DNA of 64,000 nt from Octopus vulgaris. Lineage: Eukaryota. The notes below the pieces were generated by a model. The model was not told the origin of the DNA, ran no database searches, and worked only from the letters and a program-made list of their open reading frames with translations. This document shows, one piece after another, positions 54,597 through 64,000 of the stretch (position 1 is the first letter of the stretch; every line of letters begins with the position of its first letter). Made by a program: the position numbers and the translations under genes. The stretch is from NCBI GenBank assembly GCA_951406725.2, contig OX597820.1, positions 118,854,001 through 118,918,000 on the forward strand, given 5' to 3'.

Positions 54597-54806
54597 TCAA
54601 AATGTGACCGCGTGTGTACCGTTGGCGATTTTTTTTCCTCTGTCTTCCCTTCTCTGGATCTTTCTTTCTCCTATGTTTCCGACGAAGAGCTCCGCTCGAA
54701 ACGTTGAACCCTCCTTCTTTCCTTCTTTCCAGAGCGTCCAATAACACTATATTTGTTCCACGTCCTCGCGTTGTTGTGTTTTCTCCTTGTGTTTTCATGT
54801 TTGGAT

Positions 54807-54812
<6 letters not shown>
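54597..54812 (+). mobile_element. Penelope-like pLTR mini-element with a hammerhead motif at 54675-54709
   Basis: GUUU-CCGACGA-A-GAGC(UCC)GCUC-GAAA-CG-UU-GAAC; U4C core variant; inserted in (TA)n. Confidence 0.62.
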
Positions 54813-54857
<45 letters not shown>

Positions 54858-55879
54858 GTGTCTGTGTGTGTGCATGTATGTATCAAATTCTTAAACACCC
54901 TGCTGATTAGAGCATGATATGTACATTTGACTTGACATAAGAGGCAGGTACTTGTTTTTAACTGTTTTAAATAGTAATTACTATGATATTCATTTCCTTG
55001 ACACAGAGCGGAGAAGTGGTTATCCTCTGAAAAGGCGCCAGACATCACGAAACAGAGGGTCTTAGTTGTAGTTTTGTGAATATGTTGGATGAGAATGCCG
55101 AAATATATTCAGATCTGTTTACATTCCGAGTCGTAGGGGGTTACATATAATATTATGCTGAAACAATGTAATTCAACTGAAATATTCCAATACATATGCA
55201 TAAAAATATAACTTAAATAATTATTCATCTGTTTATTTTCACTTAAAAATAGCGGCCTATCACACTATCAGTGATTATTATCAATATTTTGTTCTGTCCA
55301 CTTCTCTACATACAATTTTTTCACTTTAGTCTAAAAACATTTACACTCACATTTATCTGTTTATAGAATAACTTGTTCATTCAATGCTTCAATAGCTTCC
55401 GTCACGATCGAAACAATTTTCTATCCATAGCCATCTACATAAACAAATATTTTAATTCTGCTTTTGTGTTTTGAGAGTATTGAATTTTATTTTTGTAGCG
55501 TACTTCTTGCGAATTGACGCTTGTTTTTACATACACTTACAGACACACGTACATACCCATACATAGATACACCCATGAACGCACGCAAACATATGTGAAT
55601 TATTAAATACCAGCCTAACAATGGCTTTCTGCTAAGCAATCATTCAGCTCTGTATGCATCTATCTAATTAAATATAGTTGTAAATAAACATAGAACTTGC
55701 AGAGTATACTTATAAAGGCGCCAGGGTTCGATAAGGTATTCCTTAGCTAGGAGATACAAGTCTTTCCACCGTCTCTGCCTCATATGCTATATTGCAAAAT
55801 GTTGGAAAATATATTTGGATAGAATATTGTAGAAGAAAACTGCTAGACATAAAATTGGGAGTAGAACCTAATGGTTGTT

Positions 55880-56303
55880 CTCTCTCTATCCGCTCAGTCG
55901 ACGTCGACTCTCGGTCACTCGTTGGATCAGTGTCCTCCAGTCAGTTCTATTCTGGGCCGCTTCCTTCAGATTGGCCATGTCCATTCCGGTATCACTCCTG
56001 ATGGTGTCAAGCCAGCGGGTTCTTGGTCGGCCTCTTCCTCTCTTGCCAGTGACCATTCCGAGCATGATGTCCTTCTCCAGGGATTTTCTCCGCATAATAT
56101 GACCGAAATATGCCAATCTACGCTTGGTGATCCCAGGTTCTAGCGACAATTTCGGCCTGATCTGCTTAAGAACATCTCCATTGGTAAGCCTCGCTGTCCA
56201 TGGAATCCGCAAAAGTCTTCTCCAACGCCAAAACTCGAATGCATTAATTCTCTTCTGGTCAGCTTTCTTTAGTGTCCAGGTCTCGCATCCATATGTTGCT
56301 ATG
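55880..56303 (-). mobile_element. BovB-like RTE LINE 3' fragment
   Basis: ATYGCETWTLKKADQKRINAFEFWRWRRLLRIPWTAR...YFGHIMRRKSLEKDIMLG...RGRPRTRWLD...ESRRRLSG; (AG)n tail. Confidence 0.92.
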
Positions 56304-56689
56304 GTGGTTAGTGGTTAGGAAAGTGGGTATTGGAACTGAAAAAGAAGGTCCCGACGACCGGCGCAGAGTCGTCCTGCATTCCCTTCCGCGTCTGCGGCCG
56401 ATGCTGCCAACCTGGTGGCTGTCGCTGACCGTGCCGCGACGGCGTGGTCGATACCACCAGTCGGCCGAGTGCGCTCTCTGCCGCGCTGCCATGCCAACGC
56501 TTGCACTTGACCAATGGTTCCTCGTCTTCCTCCGCACTTTCATGCTCTTGCTCGTGCTCATTCCCATCCCGTCCCGTCTCGTCCTGCTCCGCGCCTACGC
56601 CACTGCGCTCTTTCGCCGGAGCCGTATCGTCGAGCTTCCTAATGGTGGTTAGAAGTTAGGAAAGTCGGTACTGGAATTGAAAAGAAAGG
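56301..56689. other. GC/CpG-rich segment of about 290 bp between direct repeats of about 48 bp
   Basis: Repeats at 56301-56348 and 56642-56689; abrupt shift in composition. Confidence 0.8.
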
Positions 56690-57241
56690 CAGAGAAATGA
56701 GATAAAATAGAAAAACAGGGAAAAATATGGTCGATCAAAGATAAATAATGCTCAAAGTCAACTAATTTCAGATGTTTCTCTAATTTTGTGGCTTTAGTCA
56801 GGTTTGGAATATTTTCCATCAGTTTCGTATCAGCTGCGAATAATATTTAATTTCTTGCTTTTTGTTTCTTCTTCGCTTCTATTTCTTCAATTTCACTAAA
56901 CACCTTATAGATTTCTGCATAACTTCAATGATTTCTTATATTTCTTCATATTCAGTGTGGCGCTGGATTTAATGTTTCGACTTTCCGTCTTGTTCAGGGA
57001 CTTCCCATTTGCACATTTTACCTACTTGTTAGATACCAACATGGTGTGATATTTACGAAAATGAAAAGAGACATTTACTCCAAACCTTCCTAAGTCAATG
57101 TGAACATTAACTTAATATGATTCCTAACATTACTAGTCAAATGTGTTTATCATAAAGCAGAAATTTTAATACAGGGATCGTATTAAGATTTCATTTTAAT
57201 TGCTTATCTTCTGTACTATCTCTGAGCATAGATACAATATA

Positions 57242-57587
57242 AAGGGTAAAGACCCCCTTCGGTCATGAATGACCATGGGATTGCACCTAGAAAGTTACCC
57301 TCCTAGACACAAGTCCGAGCAAGGTTGTTTATGGAAGACCAGCAGTCGCCCATGCATACCAGCCTCCCCTCTCCACGCCACCAGTGTTATCCAAGGGAAA
57401 GACAAAGGGGCCGATACAGCTTGGCACCAGTGACGTCGCAACTCATTTCTACAGCTGAGTGAACTGGAGCAACGTGAAATAAAGTGCCTTGCTCAAGAAC
57501 ACAACACGCAGCCCGGTCCGGGATTCGAGCTCACAACCTCACGATCGTAAGCTCGACGCTCTAACCACTGAGCCATGCGCCTTCTCA
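57242..57587 (-). mobile_element. SINE family D (tRNA head, CORE-like body)
   Basis: TGGCTCAGTGGTTAGAGC...GAGCTCGAATCCC; tcttgagcaaggcactt...ttcactcagctgtagaaatgagt; 12-bp TSD AGATACAATATA. Confidence 0.92.
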
Positions 57588-57661
57588 AGATACAATATAC
57601 TTACTGCATTTTGTACATACAATATTGTATATCGTATATAAAATATGTACATTATATATAT

Positions 57662-57892
57662 ACTCTTTTTACTCTTTTTTTTACTCTTTTTACTTGTTTC
57701 AGTCATTTGACTGCGGCCATGCTGGAGCACCGCCTTTAGTCGAGCAACCCGACCCCGGGACTTATTCTTTGTAAGCCCAGTACTTATTCTATCGGTCTCT
57801 TTTGCCGAACCGCTAAGTGACGGGGACGTAAACACACCAGCATCGGTTGTCAAGCAATGCTAGGGGAACAAACACAGACACACAAACATATT

Positions 57893-57925
<33 letters not shown>

Positions 57926-58097
57926 ATATATACGACGGGCTTCTTTCAGTTTCCGTCTACCAAATCCACTCACAAGGCATTGGTCGGCCCGGGGCTATAG
58001 CAGAAGACACTTGCCCAAGATGCCACGCAGTGGGACTGAACCCGGAACCATGTGGGTGGTAAGCAAGCTACTTACCAAACAGCCACTCCTGCGCCTA
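57662..58097 (-). mobile_element. SINE family A, full length, young
   Basis: Reverse complement of family A with a repeated gagtaaaaa tail. Confidence 0.95.
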
Positions 58098-59342
58098 TAT
58101 ATTGTACTGATACAATATCCTGTTTTCTGAAAGATACGTTACACCTGGAAGGTCTATGGAATGGTCAGCATTTCTCTACCCCAAAATAATAGCAAGTGAA
58201 GTTTGGATTGTTGTCACAATCATGAAATACACGCTACAAGTATGTCTGCTTTAGAAATATTCACGTCTACCGATCTTTGTGCCCGGCTCTCGTGTGAGAG
58301 AATACAATTACAACAATGACCTTATACTGAAGATCAACAAATGTTGCTTGCTGACGTAATTGTATTGTCAAAAAATAATTGAATCTTCTGGTGACATTCG
58401 CCCCGATATAATTCCATTCTATTCCTGTCACCAACAAAGCGCGTTGGCCACTTTATAGTCGTTACATTGGTTAGTATTGAGTGCACAGTGCAGCAAGGAA
58501 TGTCTACTGCATAATTTTCAATAAATTTCATCTAAGATTTTGGTTGACTTTTCTCCATATTGTTTTATCCAGTTTTCTTACGATTCTTTTCGTGTTCCCA
58601 CCCTTGTTATCCATATTGGTTTTAGCGATCTTTCCAAGGTAAATTCGGATTTAAGACATAAATCAAAGCAGCACTCAAATGAAATTGTCCTTGGTTAATG
58701 AGTCGAAAAGATTAAGTACTTAACAGAAATGTTTGTTATTTCAATAGCAGTGCTTTTGGTATTTATTGACTATAGAATGCAAAATCTTAATTTTAATGAG
58801 AATACGGAATTTGAAGAGGTGAAATTTAGTTGCTGTTACCACTAATGACAAATGGCTGTCCAGAAACGTCATTATTGGCTCAATCACGTGCTAATTCACA
58901 CTACAGAATTTCACACCGAATGTCATTCCCTTTCACATTTATTCATTCATTCACACATGCTCATGCACACCCACAAACACACATAAACTATCTCTCACAC
59001 ACACATGCATCCACACACTGACACACACATACACGCACACACACAACACACTCAATTACATGCATTCATCAAATGTTAATATAAAAACATGCAATCTATC
59101 TAATCCACAGCGTTTACTCCCGGTTCTCTACGATTTCACCTTCATCACCCCTTCCATCACTTCCACCATACTTAATTACGTGTAAATACACACACACATA
59201 CATACATTAAAATATGTGTGTGTGTGCGCGGATACACAAGAAAGTATGTAAGTGCATTAATAGATTACACACTCTTGAATGTATGCTTAGATCCCTTTTA
59301 CACTGATTGCTTTTACCTATGAATTTTTGCGCTGATGCCATA

Positions 59343-59738
59343 TTTTTATATATAAAAGTAAGGTTGTGTGCTGTCTGTCTCCTACGATTTAGATTCCTAA
59401 CTACTCCCACATTTTGCGGTGCAGTTTAACCAAAACCGGGTATCTTATAGTCGTGATTCATATCGAGCCCTTCTGGGTATTAGCGCGCGTCTACGATGAG
59501 TCTACAATTTAAAAAAAAATTACCAGCAATTTTTCCCATTTTTAATGCATTTTTGGCATATATAAGGGAAGTAACTCTCTAAAAATGTATTATTAAATCT
59601 CAGAACGTAAAAAGCTACAGTAACCTCCCCCCCCTTGTGGTTAGCCATATTGAGATGGCTATTATACTTTACATCTCTAAAAATGCTTATATAGTTATTT
59701 CCCTTACAAACCCGAGCAACGCCGGGCGATACTGCTAG
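59343..59738 (+). mobile_element. Non-autonomous Helitron (variant 2)
   Basis: Same 5' body as 26863; hairpin cccgagcaacgccggg then CTAG|T. Confidence 0.87.
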
Positions 59739-59764
59739 TTAAATTTAATCGTATTCGGCAAATA

Positions 59765-60140
59765 TTATTTCGTTGACGTCGTCCTATATCGAACACCTGC
59801 CGCTCATTGATGACACTACAACTATAAAGTTCTCACGATTTAGCGCGTGTTCTTCAGCTGTCTTGCCACTCCTGTCCAATCAGCTCTTGATACTCTCCAC
59901 CCATTCTATTCTTTGCCTACCTCTTGATTTACAGTTCTCTACTCCTTGATAACGTTTTTCAAATCTCTGCTTCTTCGAATATGGCCATTATATACGAGCT
60001 TTTTTTTTTTACACAATGCTCAGGAGTTATTGTCATTTCTCTTCTTTTTGTGACACACATTCATTCGTCCGATGAGCCATGAAAGACATTCGTAACAGTC
60101 TCCTATACATCGACATCTCAAACGCACTGATTATGTTCCC
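59765..60140 (-). mobile_element. Old RTE LINE 3' remnant
   Basis: AFEMSMYRRLLRMSFMAHRTNE...YNGHIRR...RGRQRIEWVESIK. Confidence 0.78.
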
Positions 60141-61299
60141 TTCAAATTTGTTCTGAGCCCATGCTTCGCAAACCTAAATGCCTATTGGCCAAACGAGCGC
60201 TTGCACTAGCCTTGTTTTTATTATTTATAAGGATTAATTTGGGACTAAAAATCCGGCTGCAATACTTACGGTAAGAAGGACGCCCGGGGATCAATATTGT
60301 GAGAATCTCGTTAACTTTCTGTCTCAAATGGAGACTTACAATGTCTAACTCTATCAGTCATATTTTGATAGCCCAGCGACATCTGATGCCTACTGTCTGA
60401 TAAACAACAAAAGAGATAAAAGTATGTCTGGGGAGATCGAAACTAAAAAAATAAAGAATGAAGAATTATAAACTTCGTTGGTTTTTAATGCGGAAAGAAC
60501 CATCGAAGTTTTTGAAAAGTAAAGAAAAATAAAAAAAGGAAACAAAATAGCAGCGTGAACCAGGATTACCATCAAACATACCATCCAATAACTAAGTCCA
60601 AATATCGAAGAGCTATAATGTTAAAACAATAATTGCTTAATTATGTTGGGGGTCTTATTACAAGTTGGACAGAATCAAATATCGTGCTTGAAGACAGAAG
60701 ATTATAGCAGTGATTGAAATAGGAAAACACGAGTCCATCAGCGATAATTCGGTTACTTTATACAATCGGCTATGATTGCATCTCTCTCTCCGGAATATTA
60801 AAAGTGGCAGACACAGCAACAACAGCAACACCAAACAATAACAACAACATCAAAAAAAAATGCAGGATTAATGCTAGTTTGTTTTGATTATATTGATTGT
60901 TATATGGCATTTTTTATAACGTGACACCTAAATCACATGGAAAATATTAAATTCAATAAGATAAATAAAAATATAAATTAGTACAAAGAACGATAACAAT
61001 AAAAAAAAAATAATAACAACATTATGGAAAACTCGGAGCCATAATTTCTGATTTTGCATAATTTCTGATTTGTATCGTCTGGCTTGTTATGAAAACCGGA
61101 AACGTATAAAGGGATTATTAGGAATGCTTTAGCGTATCGAAACAGGTTGCTGTTTAGAGAGTTAAGCTAATATTAAGAATGAAATTCGTATTGAATTCTC
61201 GAACATACCCCCAAACATTTCTATGTGACTCTAAACTGATAGTTCTTTTCATAGCAATATTTATCACGCCAGCTTCTGAACTTACGTGTAACAAAGAGT

Positions 61300-61640
61300 T
61301 ATCTTTTACTTGTTTCAGTCACTAGAGTGCGGCCATGCTGGGGCAACCACCTTGAAGAAATTTAGTCGAACGAACCAACCCTAACACTTACATTTTTAAA
61401 GCCTTATTCTATGTTTATATATTTAAAAACGAGAAAAAGAAACAAAGGACGCATATCCATACATATACACATACACATTAAGGTGCAATCATGACTGCGC
61501 ATTAAGGGGCTCTGTTTTAAACCACGTTGTTTCCGGTTCTGTCCTACTGCGCGATATCTTAGGCAAGTGTCTTCTATTATAGCCCCGTGCCAGTAAATTC
61601 CTTGTGAGTGAATTTGGGAGACGGAAACTGTGTGGAAGCA
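61300..61640 (-). mobile_element. Degraded SINE A pieces (tail on minus at 61300-61410, head on plus at 61480-61640)
   Basis: ttttacttgtttcagtc...gcggccatgctgg and ggcaagtgtcttctattatagccc...gacggaaactg. Confidence 0.7.
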
Positions 61641-61829
61641 GAGCTATGTTAACACCATTATAGACCCCCACCCCGGGAAATAAATACTTTGGGCCTTAGG
61701 GTACTGATTTACTGACAAAAAACCAAACCACGGCATGCATAACTTTGATAGGTTTCGGTCAGTATAGGCCCAGGACATGTCTAACTTAATAGCACCGCCT
61801 GGTGAAATCTTTTAGTCATATATGGGGTA

Positions 61830-62460
61830 CCATGCCTCACTCTAGCAAAGAATTATTATTGTGGGATACATATCCAGGCGTAGGAGGTTGATCCGGGATT
61901 TTTTGAATGTCCAGTGAACATTTGAATTTTATGGGATCCGTTTCCGTTTTGACGTATTTTGGTATGGTATTAAAGAGAGCTGGACCGGTTGAGGAAACGT
62001 AATTGTGACGTAATGTTGCTATGTGTACCGAGTTCGATTTTTGTAGTGGGCGTATAGCACGGAGGGGGAGGGGGCAAGTCTCGGATGGATCTTAAAATCG
62101 ATACCAACACAGATGGTGTAGCGCTCCCGGCGGCGTTGGTGAGAGTAGAGATTGAGTTTTTCTAGTCGACCCCAATAATCAATGCCTCTCATGCAGTCTA
62201 TCTTTCTAGTTATTGACCTCTGCAGTGCTTCCACTTTCATAATAAGTTACTTCGTATGGCGGGACCACAGTGGCCAACAGTATTTAAGGTGGGGTCTGGC
62301 AAAAGTAGAGTAGAGAATGTGATGGTGTAGGCATCTCTAGACCGGAAACTTCTCAGAATCCAGGAGCACATTTTGCGGGCCAAGTCCGTTTAGCTGTTTA
62401 CGTGAGAACTCCATTTTAAATTGTTATCAACAATTACTCCAAGGTCGCTGGTGTTGCTGG
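61830..62460 (-). mobile_element. CR1/L2-group LINE ORF2 3' remnant
   Basis: GVIVDNNLKWSSHV, RPHLKYCWPLWS, KVEALQRSITRKI...YWGRLEKLNLYSHQRRRERY, GPALFNTIP, IPDQP. Confidence 0.87.
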
Positions 62461-62472
62461 ATGACACTAGGG

Positions 62473-62805
62473 ACACACACACACATACATAGACACGGAC
62501 TCACACACACAAACACACACATACATACACATACATACATAGACACGGACACACACACACAAACACACACACACATACACACACATACATACACACACAT
62601 ACATAGACACGGACTCACACACACAAACACACACATACATACACATACATACATAGACACGGACACACACACACAAACACACACACACATACACACACAT
62701 ACATACACACACATACATAGACACGGACTCACACACACAAACACACACATACATACACATAATAAACATAAACATACACACACACAAACACACACATACA
62801 TACAC
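62473..62805. repeat. 114-bp higher-order repeat built from (CA)n
   Basis: agacacggactc at 62491, 62605 and 62719. Confidence 0.92.
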
Positions 62806-63147
62806 ACGTCGGTGTGTAGGTATACGTGTGTATGTGTGTTGGTGGGGTGGGTTCGTTGTGTTCGTATTTGATCTCACCCCCGATTAACAACCAGTGCTGG
62901 TTTGTTTACGTCCAAGTAACTTAACATCGTACACTATAAGTTCTAGACACTTAGAAATAAGTCCTGAGGTTTAATTTGTACGAAGAAACCCCTGAACCCT
63001 GAAACAATTTAAAAGATAGAAGTATATACATAAAAGAACACACACACGCGCGTGTGCGACCTTGCATTTACTTATGCCGGTCTGCAAACATACACGTAAA
63101 CCAGTTTATATAATCCGGTATCGAGTTTCTTTCAATTTTATCTGAAA

Positions 63148-63551
63148 CTAGCCCTATCGCCCGGCGTTGCTCGGGTTTGTAAGGGAAATAACTATATAAG
63201 CATTTTTAGAGAGTTATAGCCAAAAAATAGCAAAAAAAATGCATTAAAAATGGGAAAAAAATGATGGTAAATTTTTTTTTAAATCGTTGACTCACTGTAG
63301 ACATTTTTAGAGAGTTACTCCCCTTATATAATAGCGAAAAAACTGCATTAAAATGGAAAAAAATGATGGTAATTTTTTTTTAATCGTAGACTCATCGTAG
63401 ACGCGCGCTAATACCCAGAAGGGCTCGATATGAATCACGACTATAAGATACCCGGTTTTGGTTACACTGCACCGCAAAGTGTGGGAGTAGTTAGGAATCT
63501 AAATCGTAGGAGACAGACAGCACACAACCTCACTTTTATATATAAAGAAGA
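63148..63551 (-). mobile_element. Non-autonomous Helitron (variant 1)
   Basis: Reverse complement of the 26863 type, with 5' TC, hairpin and CTAG. Confidence 0.87.
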
Positions 63552-63587
63552 TATGTAAATTAGTTATTCGATAGCAACTAATATACT

Positions 63588-63784
63588 ATTTTTAATGGAT
63601 TTTTGGCATATATAAGGGAAGTAACTCTCTAAAAACATATTAAATCTCAGAACGTAAAAAGCTACAGTAACCTCCCCCCTTTGCGGTTAGCCATATTGAG
63701 ATGGCTATTATACTTTACATCTCTAAAAATGCTTATATAGTTATTTCCCTTACAAACCCGAGCAACGCCGGGCGATACGGCTAG
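63588..63784 (+). mobile_element. Helitron 3' half (variant 2)
   Basis: Matches 59540-59738; ends in hairpin plus CTAG|T. Confidence 0.85.
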
Positions 63785-64000
63785 TTTCAGATGAAATTGA
63801 AAGAAACTCGACACCGGATTATATAAACTGGCTTACGTGTGTGTTTGCAGACCGGCATACGTAAATGCAAGGGCGCACATGCGCGTGTGTGTGTTCTTTT
63901 ATGTATATACTTCTCTCTTGATCAGCTAATATTGTTGAAAGCCGTGCTTCAAGATGACCACCCCTAATGAGGAAAGCTAGTGAAAGCCTGCAGAAAGAAC

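Noticed and set aside
55880-56303. Horizontal transfer of BovB
   Set aside because: Protein resemblance alone is expected for RTE-clade elements; it cannot be claimed without nucleotide identity and phylogeny.
60390-60584. Small hydrophobic membrane-protein ORF
   Set aside because: T-rich composition explains the hydrophobicity; no recognisable motif.

Overview
AT-rich, repeat-saturated eukaryotic DNA, either intergenic or intronic. The SINE repertoire and microsatellite load suggest a coleoid cephalopod, probably Octopus (from recall, not verified). No host protein-coding gene, rRNA, true tRNA or CRISPR array is supported, and most ORFs in the track are translated microsatellites. The only real coding sequence is retrotransposon-derived: many R4/Dong-clade RLE LINE pieces in (AAT)n tracts (best ORF 13861-15168), a Tx1/L1-clade ORF2 3' half in (CTAT)n (52347-53582), RTE pieces (41710-42813, 55886-56300) and CR1-like remnants. 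There are also four tRNA-derived SINE families, a non-autonomous Helitron family and two MITEs. Most notable observations: (1) an element at 18.64-19.10 kb joins a tRNA-like Pol III head to a minimal type I hammerhead ribozyme and carries an inverted second hammerhead arm, like a Penelope insertion; two more hammerhead mini-elements lie at 46.7 and 54.7 kb; (2) the Tx1-like LINE appears to target (CTAT)n/(GATA)n, and its 3' terminus is shared by an abundant SINE; (3) an inverted duplication preserves the empty site of the young Dong insertion; (4) several other inverted duplications, palindromes, SINE concatemers and abnormally long target duplications. All alignments were done by eye, and boundaries of degraded elements are approximate.
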